A DNA stretch of 64,000 nucleotides from an uncultured Subdoligranulum sp. (lineage in GTDB: Bacteria > Bacillota > Clostridia > Oscillospirales > Ruminococcaceae): the NCBI GenBank assembly GCA_945830575.1, contig CALZZE010000014.1, positions 117 through 64,116 on the forward strand, written 5' to 3'. Below, one piece after another: positions 19,326 to 28,600 of the stretch. The notes below the pieces were generated by a model that saw only the letters and a list, made by a program, of their open reading frames with translations, was not told the DNA's origin and made no database searches. A program made the translations under genes and the position numbers. Each line of letters starts with the position of its first letter. Within the stretch, counting starts at the first letter, position 1.

Positions 19326-21077
19326 ATGCAGCCGGAATATTGGATGATTCTGATTTGCGGGAGCGCACTGCTGATGCTCGCCCTCGTATCCAAAGCTGGA
19401 AAATCCAGTGGGTTGGACAGCATCAAAGGGAAAACGGTTGGGGACGGTCAGCATGGTACGGCGCGGTTCGCAAAACCGGAAGAAATACAGAGAATGTACC
19501 ATCAGGTCAGGTTTACACCACGTGACTGGCGCAGAGGAAACAGGCAGCCGGAGTATCAGGGGCTTGTACTGGGCAGCATCAGTCATGGGAAAAACGTCTT
19601 TGCTCTGGTGGACGGCGATGACGTTCATTGCATGATGATCGGTGCGGCCGGTGTCGGCAAAACCGCCTTCTTTCTGTATCCCAATCTGGAATACGCCTGT
19701 GCCTGCGGAATGAGCTTTCTTTGCACCGACACCAAGGGAGATCTGGCGCGGAACTATGGTGGGATTGCGCAAAAATACTACGGTTACGATGTGGCCGTGA
19801 TTGATCTGAGAAATCCGACACAGAGTGATCACATCAATATTCTCGATATGGTCAACAAATACATGGATCAATGGAAGGCCGACCATGAGAATCTGGCAGC
19901 AAAGGCCAAAGCGGAGAAGTATGCCAAAATCATTGCGAAAACCGTTGTTCTTGCGGGAACCTCCGGCGATTTCGGTCAGAACTCCTATTTCTATGACGGC
20001 GCAGAAGGACTGATCGCGTCTGTGATCCTGTTGATTTCTGAGCTGTGCCCGGCGGAAACCAGACATATCGTTTCCGTGTATAAGCTGATACAGGACTTGT
20101 CCGGTCCGCCAACGAGACCGGGATCCAAAAACGCTTTTCAGATGCTGCTGGATATGCTACCGGAGGATCACAAGGCACGCTGGTTTGCCGGCTCTGCGGC
20201 CAGCGCGGGAGATCAGGCGGCGGCATCTGTGGTGTCCACCGCCATGTCCCGTCTGAACGCGTTCCTTGACAGTGAGATGGAGCAGATACTCTGCTTCGAT
20301 ACCAAAATTGATACTGAGAAGTTCTGCAAAGGCAAATCTGCGATCTTCATCAATCTCCCGGAGGAGGACAACAGCAAGTATTTCATGGTATCGCTGATCG
20401 TGCAGCAGATGTACCGTGAAATCCTTGCGGTAGCCGATGAGTACGGCGGTAAACTGCCCAATCGGTGTATGTTCTTTCTGGATGAGATCGGCACGATCCC
20501 CAAAATTGAATCTCTGGAAATGGCATTTTCCGCGATCCGTTCACGCAGGGTCAGTATCGTGGGAATCATCCAGAGTTTTGCGCAGCTGGAGCGCAACTAC
20601 GGAAAAGAAGGAAGTGAAATCATCCTCGATAACTGCCAGGATACCATCTTCGGCGGGTTTTCGCCCATCTCCTCCAGTGCAGGCAAGCTGTCCGAGGCGC
20701 TTGGTGAAAAAACCGTGATGACCGGAAGTATCAGCAAAGGGAAAAATGATCCCTCACGCAGCCTGCAGATGACAGGACGCCGCTTGATGACCCCGGATGA
20801 ACTGCGCAGTCTTCCGAAAGGACAGTTCATTGTGATGAAGACCGGCCAGCATCCTATGAGGACCAGACTGAAACTGTTCCTTGACTGGGGTATTACCTTT
20901 GAGGAGGCGTATGAGGTGCCCAGAAAGCAGATCAGACAGGTGTGCTATGCAAACAAGACGATGCTGAAACAGGCCGTGGCAGAGCATTATCCGCGTATGG
21001 AGGAACCGGATCATGCAGGCTTGTCCCGGCAACGTCTTTCTATTCGCCAGAAGGGAGAAGAAGATGGCAGCGTATGA
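19326..21077 (+). CDS. virD4: VirD4/TraG type IV coupling protein
   Basis: N-terminal TM, DGQHGTARFA, Walker A GAAGVGKT, TDTKG, FFLDEIG, RSRR...IIQSFAQL, LMTPDEL. Confidence 0.92.
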   Translation: MQPEYWMILICGSALLMLALVSKAGKSSGLDSIKGKTVGDGQHGTARFAKPEEIQRMYHQVRFTPRDWRRGNRQPEYQGLVLGSISHGKNVFALVDGDDVHCMMIGAAGVGKTAFFLYPNLEYACACGMSFLCTDTKGDLARNYGGIAQKYYGYDVAVIDLRNPTQSDHINILDMVNKYMDQWKADHENLAAKAKAEKYAKIIAKTVVLAGTSGDFGQNSYFYDGAEGLIASVILLISELCPAETRHIVSVYKLIQDLSGPPTRPGSKNAFQMLLDMLPEDHKARWFAGSAASAGDQAAASVVSTAMSRLNAFLDSEMEQILCFDTKIDTEKFCKGKSAIFINLPEEDNSKYFMVSLIVQQMYREILAVADEYGGKLPNRCMFFLDEIGTIPKIESLEMAFSAIRSRRVSIVGIIQSFAQLERNYGKEGSEIILDNCQDTIFGGFSPISSSAGKLSEALGEKTVMTGSISKGKNDPSRSLQMTGRRLMTPDELRSLPKGQFIVMKTGQHPMRTRLKLFLDWGITFEEAYEVPRKQIRQVCYANKTMLKQAVAEHYPRMEEPDHAGLSRQRLSIRQKGEEDGSV

Positions 21078-21324
21078 GAGAATCTACATGGACGACCTGC
21101 CGCAGAGAGCGATTGCGCTGTGGCTGTATTTGTCCCGGCGGGCCAATAAAGACGGCCAGTGCTGGCCCGGCATCAATCGAATCGCAAGGGAGCTTCATAT
21201 GAGCCGCAGTACGGTGAAGCGGGCGATAGACGATTTGGAGGCGAGTCACTGGCTGACAACCGAGCAACGCTGGCGCAAGAATGGTGCCAGTACAACAATG
21301 TTGTTTACTCTCCACAAGCAGTGA
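21064..21324 (+). CDS. Winged-helix (HTH_36-like) DNA-binding protein
   Basis: LWLYL...CWPGINRIARELHMSRSTVKRAIDDL. Confidence 0.8.
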   Translation: MAAYERIYMDDLPQRAIALWLYLSRRANKDGQCWPGINRIARELHMSRSTVKRAIDDLEASHWLTTEQRWRKNGASTTMLFTLHKQ

Positions 21325-21465
21325 AGTTGCGAAATGGATGAAAACAAGATTCGGGGGATAGGTGTACCCATCTGAAGGAACCCCCAGGGGTTCATGGTGG
21401 ACCACCAAGAATGGAGTTATTTTATATATTACTAATACAGAAAAGAGAGAATAGAGAGTAGCGTG

Positions 21466-21708
21466 TTACTTAATTTCCTGATCTAATGATTCAAAGACAG
21501 GGTCAGAGAAGAAGTCACAAAGTGTAATGTTCAACCCATCACACAGCTTTTTAATCGTGGTGATGGAAATTTGTCTGCGAGATGGATCCATCATACTGTA
21601 AACGGTGGAAGGTGTGACACCGGCCAGATTGGCCAGTTCATTGGGTCGGATCCCTCGTTGGTCGCATAATTGTTGAAAACGAATCGTAACGGCATCTTTT
21701 ACCATCAT
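21466..21708 (-). CDS. XRE/Cro-C1 family transcriptional regulator
   Basis: ELANLAGVTPSTVYSMM...ITTIKKLCDGLNITLCDFF; GAGGTG RBS before ATG 21708. Confidence 0.85.
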   Translation of the reverse strand: MMVKDAVTIRFQQLCDQRGIRPNELANLAGVTPSTVYSMMDPSRRQISITTIKKLCDGLNITLCDFFSDPVFESLDQEIK

Positions 21709-21744
21709 ACGAATAATCACCTCAATATGATGGTACACAAAAAC

Positions 21745-21770
21745 ATGCAGCTGCGTGTACGCAGTTGCGT
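21745..21770. promoter_or_regulatory. Tandem near-palindromic 12-mers (candidate XRE operators)
   Basis: ATGCAGCTGCGT (21745-21756) and ACGCAGTTGCGT (21759-21770); the second overlaps a -35 box. Confidence 0.5.
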
Positions 21771-21793
21771 AACACGAGGGAAATCACTATAAT
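21765..21793 (+). promoter_or_regulatory. Sigma-A-type promoter facing the recombinase gene
   Basis: TTGCGT-17 nt-TATAAT. Confidence 0.6.
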
Positions 21794-21865
21794 AAGAGCG
21801 TAATTGGAATTCTTAGTTACTTGGAAATAGTCAGGGATTATTTCTGGAACTTATGACAAAGCGGG

Positions 21866-21892
21866 TATCCCCCATTTGGATAATGGAGGATA
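21866..21892. repeat. Left inverted recombination site (IRL)
   Basis: TATCCCCCATTTGGATAATGGAGGATA; its reverse complement matches 23304-23330 at 26/27 positions; dyad arms flank an asymmetric core. Confidence 0.85.
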
Positions 21893-21927
21893 CCCGCAAA
21901 AACCGATACTGACACTATTTTTAGTCT

Positions 21928-21956
21928 ATTTTATCACACCCGCGTTGCCTTTTCAA
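21928..21956 (-). promoter_or_regulatory. Outward-facing sigma-A-type promoter inside the invertible segment
   Basis: Minus strand reads TTGAAA-17 nt-TAAAAT with an extended -10 TG. Confidence 0.7.
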
Positions 21957-22114
21957 TAAGGAATGTTGCGAAAGAGGGCAGGTTTTGCCCCAATTTGTCA
22001 CAATATACAAATCCAGTGTTTTCGTTTTCCTGAAATTCACGAATTTGTTATCGTTCTCAACCCTTTTCCAATAGGTTAAGCAGTCAATTTGCAGTCAAAA
22101 TGGAGGTAGACAAG

Positions 22115-23284
22115 ATGGCGCGACATGGAGAGAATATTCATAAACGGCAGGATGGCCGGTGGGAAGGCCGGTATATGAAAGGCAAGGACACCAAAGGGAA
22201 AACGGTATGGGGCTATGTGTATGCAAAGACCTATCCTGAGGTAAAGAAGAAACTGATACAGAAAAAAAGTGAAGAGTCTTTCTATTGCCTTAATGCAGAT
22301 GACCCCACTTTTATGGATCTGTCAGAAAACTGGCTTGGTACCATTCAGAATGGTGTAAAAGAATCTACGCTGGCGCATTATCGGTATACACTGACGAGAT
22401 ATATATTACCTGTGTTGGGATTTGAAAAAATAAAGAGGCTGACTGAATATCGGATAGAGCAGGCCTTTTTGCAAATCGTTACCCCTAACGACCAGAAACA
22501 TAAGCCTTTAGGCCATTCTCTTGCCAAGGAATGCTTGACGATTATACGGAGAATCTGTAAATACGCTTGCCACTTGAGACTGATACGGCCTTTGGAAATA
22601 GAGGTGTGTCTGCCGAAACCGATAGAGGCAAAAACCGTTCCGCTTTCCGTGGAAGAACAAAACCTCCTGAAAAGGTATGTGATGAGCAACGTAACATCGA
22701 GAAAAATCGGCTTGGTATTGACCATGCAAATGGGATTGCGCATAGGAGAGGTCTGTGGGCTTCAATGGGGCGATATCGATGTTCAGAACGGAATTCTGAC
22801 CGTAAACCGTACCGTCCAGAGGATATCCTGCGGAGAGGGACATTCCAAGGTTGTCATTCAGACGCCAAAAACCAAATCATCAACGCGGATGATCCCCATT
22901 CCGGCTTGGCTGATCCCGACGTTGAAGAACCTCCAAACAGGAAAAGAGGATGATGTGTGGTTTTTATCCGGGCGACGCGATAAACCGGTGGAGCCTCGAT
23001 GCTATCGGAAGAGCATTCATGTCTATCTCAAGGCCGCGAAGGTTCGCCAGATCCATCCCCATGCATTACGTCACACATTTGCCACCACCTGCCTTCAAGC
23101 TGGTTGTGATGTAAAGACATTGAGCCAACTCTTGGGACACTCAGACGCAGGCATTACGCTGAAACGGTATGTTCACACCGACTTTGACAGGATGCGCTGG
23201 GAAATCGCACGCATTTATGATGGCCGATGTCACACGACCTTAGGGGGTCACAAATCAGTCTGTTCGTTCGGAAATAAACGATAA
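22115..23284 (+). CDS. Tyrosine recombinase (integrase/invertase)
   Basis: N-terminal arm-binding-like KRQDGRWEGRY; GLRIGE (R), PKT (K), HALRH (HxxR), LGHS, catalytic RYVH; GGAGGT RBS. Confidence 0.92.
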   Translation: MARHGENIHKRQDGRWEGRYMKGKDTKGKTVWGYVYAKTYPEVKKKLIQKKSEESFYCLNADDPTFMDLSENWLGTIQNGVKESTLAHYRYTLTRYILPVLGFEKIKRLTEYRIEQAFLQIVTPNDQKHKPLGHSLAKECLTIIRRICKYACHLRLIRPLEIEVCLPKPIEAKTVPLSVEEQNLLKRYVMSNVTSRKIGLVLTMQMGLRIGEVCGLQWGDIDVQNGILTVNRTVQRISCGEGHSKVVIQTPKTKSSTRMIPIPAWLIPTLKNLQTGKEDDVWFLSGRRDKPVEPRCYRKSIHVYLKAAKVRQIHPHALRHTFATTCLQAGCDVKTLSQLLGHSDAGITLKRYVHTDFDRMRWEIARIYDGRCHTTLGGHKSVCSFGNKR

Positions 23285-23303
23285 GACAAAGAAAAAAATA
23301 TAA

Positions 23304-23330
23304 TATCCTCCATTATCCAAATGGAGGATA
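23304..23330. repeat. Right inverted recombination site (IRR)
   Basis: TATCCTCCATTATCCAAATGGAGGATA: perfect 10-bp arms around the 7-bp core TATCCAA, inverted relative to IRL. Confidence 0.85.
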
Positions 23331-23415
23331 CGACAGCCTGAGTGGACTTCACGGTGTCGTGGATAGAGTGTCGCAATATTGGAGACCGATACATAACGCC
23401 AAGGGGTTATGCTGC

Positions 23416-24303
23416 ATGACAGACCTTCTCGAACGGAAAAGTGTTGAGGAAATCAGGGACTCCAAAAACTGTATCTATTTGTTGGATGACGAGGATATGT
23501 TTAGTCAGCTGGGACATAAGGTGCTTCTCTCGCGAAAGGTCCCATGCTTGTTGAATGTCGCCAAGATTCGCTACAACGGACAGACTGAACTGATCTATTT
23601 GACGGAGGGACTTCAAAACTATCTTACCATCATGCCAACGCTTCCCAGAGATGGTGTCTATATGCTTTGCGCAAAAGTGATGGAATCGGTGTTGAAGGTA
23701 AAAAATCAAGGATTCCTTGCAGTGGAGAATCTTGATATCTCCATGGACAAAGTATATTTTGACCCGAAAACCTATGAAGCCTACTTGGTTTATCTGCCGT
23801 TATCCGCCGGAGAGGGTGAAAATGGGCCGCTGTTTGAAGCTGAATTGCGTCATTTGCTCTTGCAGTTTGTAAAGCAGTCCTCCACGATTATTTCCGAACA
23901 AGAGCGCTGTATTGTGGATGCGCTGACGAACGGAACAGGGGGCGGCTTGGAAGGAATCGCGAAGATATTCCAGAACACCAAGCAAAGCTCCCCTGTGCAG
24001 GAGAGGAGTCTGCAGCTGATAAGCATGAACCCCAATTTGCAGATCACCTTTGCAATGAGAGGTCAGGCCGCTACCATTGGCAGACGGAAAGGCTGTGATT
24101 TGACGTTGGATTTTTCCAATCAGATCAGTCGTCTGCATTGTACTCTGAAGAAAAAGGATGATTCTTTTTATATCAAGGACGAAGGAAGTTCTTTTGGTAC
24201 GGGATTAAATGGAAAGAAGATTCCGGCCATGAAAGAGATTCCGGTAAAGAACGGTGACGTTTTGATGTTGCCGGGAATTAAGTTCAAAATCAACATAAGG
24301 TAA
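23416..24303 (+). CDS. FHA-domain protein with N-terminal DUF6382-like domain
   Basis: C-terminal TIGR...ISRLHC...IKDEGSSFGT FHA motifs. Start is either GTG 23359 or ATG 23416. Confidence 0.8.
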   Translation: MTDLLERKSVEEIRDSKNCIYLLDDEDMFSQLGHKVLLSRKVPCLLNVAKIRYNGQTELIYLTEGLQNYLTIMPTLPRDGVYMLCAKVMESVLKVKNQGFLAVENLDISMDKVYFDPKTYEAYLVYLPLSAGEGENGPLFEAELRHLLLQFVKQSSTIISEQERCIVDALTNGTGGGLEGIAKIFQNTKQSSPVQERSLQLISMNPNLQITFAMRGQAATIGRRKGCDLTLDFSNQISRLHCTLKKKDDSFYIKDEGSSFGTGLNGKKIPAMKEIPVKNGDVLMLPGIKFKINIR

Positions 24304-24313
24304 GGGAATACCT

Positions 24314-25384
24314 ATGGGAAAACCATTACTGGTTATTGCGATTTCCGATGAAAGCTATCTGTCTCCTCTGGTGGTGGGACTTGCAGTAAAGCTGTACGAA
24401 ACGGCGGATATTGAGGTTATTTCCGACACTGCGTATTTTGAGGAGTTTTTTACCTGCCCCAGAAAAATCGACTTACTGATTACAGATGAAGCTTTCCACC
24501 GTGCGGACTTGAAATGTCATAGTATCCAGAGGACGGTAGTCCTGTCAGAAGAAATGGCAGAGGATTCACAGGAGGATTGCAATACACATATTACGGATGG
24601 GCGGCAGGTAGCATACATATTCAAATACCTGAATTTGCCAGTTTTAATCAGTAGCATTATCCCCCGTGAATGGATTGGAACAAAAACACAGGGGGCGGTC
24701 ACGCAAATCATTGCCGTGACAGCCGCAGAAGGCGGAGCGGGCTGCACGACGGTGGCCATGGGAATTGCCGCTTGTTTAAAACAAAGCCTTAAACGAGTTT
24801 TGTTTGTCAGCGCGAGAACGCTTCAGGATTTCCAGAGTGTTCTGCAAAATCGAACCCCGCTCTCGATTCGCGGCTGTTCCGGACTAAGAGCTGCAACGCC
24901 GAAGGTTTATTACGATCTCAAACAGGAAATCCAGAAAGAATGGTTTTCTTTTTTGCCGGCACTTCCCTCTTCGCGCTATTCGCTTAATATTACAGAAAAA
25001 TCTCTTGGAACCTTTCTGCAGGCGGCTCAGAAATCCGGTGAATATGATGCAATCATTGTGGATATAGGCAATGAACTGACACCTGGAAACATAGAATTGC
25101 TCGACTTGGCATCAAAGGTGTTGGTTATTACCCGTCAGGCAGAGTCTTCCGCTGCGAAGCTGGAAATGCTTTTACATAATATTAACTGTAGTGATTCCGA
25201 ACGTTTTCATTTCGTATGCAATCAGTATGATATGGCCCGTTCCAATGCGCTGACAAATGGATCTTTCTCAGGAAGCGTGAAAATTGAGGAGTATATCTCT
25301 GAATTCAAAGAGCTGGAAACGGTTGGCGTAAAAGAGCTTGCAAAGAACTCTGACCTGCAAAAAATAGCGTATGCGTTAATGTGA
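24314..25384 (+). CDS. MinD/ParA/CpaE-like protein with degenerate Walker A and receiver-like N-terminus
   Basis: AAEGGAGCTTVA (Lys replaced by Cys), YDAIIVDIG. Confidence 0.65.
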   Translation: MGKPLLVIAISDESYLSPLVVGLAVKLYETADIEVISDTAYFEEFFTCPRKIDLLITDEAFHRADLKCHSIQRTVVLSEEMAEDSQEDCNTHITDGRQVAYIFKYLNLPVLISSIIPREWIGTKTQGAVTQIIAVTAAEGGAGCTTVAMGIAACLKQSLKRVLFVSARTLQDFQSVLQNRTPLSIRGCSGLRAATPKVYYDLKQEIQKEWFSFLPALPSSRYSLNITEKSLGTFLQAAQKSGEYDAIIVDIGNELTPGNIELLDLASKVLVITRQAESSAAKLEMLLHNINCSDSERFHFVCNQYDMARSNALTNGSFSGSVKIEEYISEFKELETVGVKELAKNSDLQKIAYALM

Positions 25385-25394
25385 GGAATATGAC

Positions 25395-25652
25395 ATGAAA
25401 GATACAGCAGTAGTCGTGGTGAGAAGAAAGCTGGAAGGCCGGATTATGGATTCAGATGTGGAGGTTCCGCTGAACATCTCTGCGAATGAGCTTGTCAACG
25501 CGCTGAACAGTGCCTACAATCTCGGAATCCATACAGAGGACTACCGAAACTGCTATCTTCGTTGTGAACGTCCTATTGTGCTGCTTCGCGGGGAAAGAAG
25601 TCTGAGAAGTTTTGGCGTCAGAAACGGAACGCTGATTCACTGCAACGAGTGA
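25395..25652 (+). CDS. esaB: EsaB/YukD ubiquitin-fold T7SS component
   Basis: 85 aa; DVEVPLNISANELVNAL...SLRSFGVRNGTLI; directly upstream of essC. Confidence 0.8.
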   Translation: MKDTAVVVVRRKLEGRIMDSDVEVPLNISANELVNALNSAYNLGIHTEDYRNCYLRCERPIVLLRGERSLRSFGVRNGTLIHCNE

Positions 25653-25662
25653 GGGATATGCC

Positions 25663-28600
25663 ATGGATATGCAGTATAAAGCAATATTGGCAAACAAAAC
25701 GATATACAAAGAGATTCCTCTTCCTGCCAATGCGACAACGGTTTCTGTCGGAACGGCGCCAGGGGTCGATGTTCGGCTGTCCAAAAATCTGTTTTTTGAA
25801 CAGTTTGAACTTTTGTTTACCAATGAAGGCAGTGATTGGGTAGTCACTTGTTCGCCCAATGTGTATATCAGCGCGGGATCTTCCAGCAAACTGCCGCAGA
25901 AGCAGCTTGTTCACGGAGATGAATTGCAGGTCAAATACCATTCCACCGATGTAGAAATGGTATCCATGAGTATTATGGTCGACTTTGATGAGGTTGATCA
26001 GGATTTTTTCCGGGCAATCGATTTGAAGGACCATACAAAGGTGATGATTGGCGGAGCCAATCAGTGTGATATTCGGATTACTGACAAAGAAGTAGCCAAT
26101 GATCTGGTGGCCCTGACGGCACAGGGACAAGGGTGGCAGTTGGAAGAAGTCCGCTCAAATTACGGCGTCTATGTGAATGGAACCCGAATCCAAAGAAAAG
26201 CCCTCTTGCGTAATCATGACTTTTTTGCGTTGGATAAGTACAAATTCTTCGTCAGAGGGAGCAGACTGTACACTACTGAAGCGCCTGAAATTCAGGTGCA
26301 TGGCTTGGCGCAGCGTTTGGAAAAACCATCTTCCAACAGTTTGGCCTATCCAAAGTTCAACCGAACGACCCGAATGAAAACCAAACCTAATACAGAGGAA
26401 ATCACGGTTCTTGACCCTCCCGAAATGCCGCAAAAGCCGCAGGAAAGCTTGGTGGCAACGCTGCTGCCGGCATTGGCTATGCTGGTAGTTACTGTGGTCA
26501 TTCGCGGTATGATGAGCAGCACGTCAAGCTCTTTTGTGTTGCTTAGTGTCTGTACGATGGGCATCGGAATTGTGACCTCCATCGCCAATTATATCTCCAA
26601 TAAGAAAAAATATAAAAAAGAGGTGGAGGAGCGAAGAAAAAAATTTACATCATATATAGATCAGAAGAAGCAATTCATCGACACGGCCCGCCAGGAAGAA
26701 TTGCGGGACTTGGAACAGATGTATTACTCTGATATGCAGGATGCAAAGCATATTATGGAGTTTTCGGATAAGCTGTTTGACAGAACCGCCAGCGATGATG
26801 ACTTTGTGGAGGTGTACCTGGGAAAAGGAAGCAGAACATCCCTGCGTCAAATCAAGTATAAGGAGCAGGAAAAAATCGAGGTCGTGGACGATCTGGCACA
26901 AGTACCCGAAAAAATTAAAGAAGATTATAAGGAATTGGAAGGTGCGCCGGTCACGTTGGCACTTTCCAAATATGATGCGGTTGGTGTGGTAGGATCCTAT
27001 CGTCAGAACTTCCAGATGCTTAAGAATATGACGATGGATCTGGCATCCAGACATTACTACACAGATCTTCATTTGTATTATATCTGTTCTGAGGAACATG
27101 CTGCTGAAATTAGATGGGCGCGTTGGCTACCACATACCGAGAATGCTGCGCTGGGAATCCGCAATATCGTCTGTGATACAGCCAGCAGAAATTTGATTTT
27201 TGAGCAGCTATTTGTACAACTGTCGGCCGAAAAAGAACGAAATAGCAAAAATGATACTGTACAGGAGAGAAGTGTTCTCTTCGTCTTGGATGATATGGGC
27301 ATCAACCAGCACCCCATCTCCCAGTATATCAGGAATTGTAAAGAAAAAGGAGTGACATTTGTCTTTTTCAGCTCCTGCCCGGAGTACATTCCGCAAAACT
27401 GTGGTGCGCTGATCCGCATGGGTGAAAATAATGGAGAAGCGGAGCTGATCCAGAGTGATGACAGCCAGAATGTGCAAAAATTTGTTTACGATGTATTGCC
27501 GGATGCGCTGGTGGAACAGGCTTGCTTGAAATTGGCGCCGGTCTACTGCGATGAGGTGAGTCTGGAGGGAAGCCTGACCAAAAACTATAGCTTCTTCCAG
27601 ATGATGAATATTTTTGGGCCGGAAGATTTGGATTTGCAAAAGAACTGGGATTCGGCCAATATCAAAAAAACCATGCGGGCGCCGCTGGGCATCAATGCAA
27701 AGAAAGAGACTGTATATCTGGACCTGCACGAAAAAGCGCATGGCCCCCACGGTTTGGTGGCTGGCACGACAGGTTCAGGAAAATCGGAAATTTTGCAAAG
27801 CTATATTCTGTCGATGGCGATTCACTATCATCCTTATGAAGTGGGTTTCCTGATTATTGATTTCAAGGGCGGCGGTATGGCCAATCAGTTCAGGAATCTT
27901 CCCCATATGCTGGGCGCGATCACGAACATTGATGGAAAAGAAATTGACCGTTCTTTGAAGTCTATCAAGGCAGAGTTACAGAAACGCCAGCGCCTGTTTG
28001 CAGAATACGATGTAAACAAGATTGATGATTACATCGAAAAATTCAAGCAGGGGCAGACAAAAATCGCGCTGCCGCATCTGATTATCATTGTGGACGAATT
28101 TGCGGAGCTCAAAGCAGACCAGCCGGAGTTTATGAAGGAACTCATTTCCGCTGCCCGTATTGGCCGCAGTCTTGGCGTTCACCTGATACTTGCAACGCAG
28201 AAACCCTCCGGTCAGGTAAATGAGCAGATTTGGAGTAACTCGAAGTTTAAGCTTTGCTTAAAGGTTCAGAACCAGGAAGACAGCAAAGAAGTAATCAAAT
28301 CACCTCTGGCTGCAGAAATTCGTGAGCCGGGCCGTGCGTATTTGCAGGTAGGGAATAATGAGATTTTTGAGCTTTTCCAATCTGCTTATAGCGGGGGACC
28401 ATCGAAAGCTGATGAAAATGTTGCGGAGCATGAGTTTTCTCTTCAGGAATGCAACCTGTGGGGGAAACGGGATGTCATTTATCGGAAAACAAAAAATAAG
28501 ACTGGCGAAGAAGGCCGGGGTCAGACGCAGTTGGACGTGGTTGTTGGATATGTAGAAAGCTATTGCGAAACTTCCAACATACAAAAGCTGGCGAATATTT

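Larger units (their letters stand above)
1..21324 (+). mobile_element. Conjugation module of a Bacillota ICE (ends not in view)
   Basis: Relaxase, VirD4, VirB4, VirB6-like, pilin-like and M23 hydrolase genes in one co-directional array. Confidence 0.9.

Noticed and set aside
22115-23284. Recombinase as the ICE's main integrase with att sites
   Set aside because: Flanking sites are inverted rather than direct and enclose only 1.4 kb, which fits inversion. The true ICE integrase and att ends are not visible.
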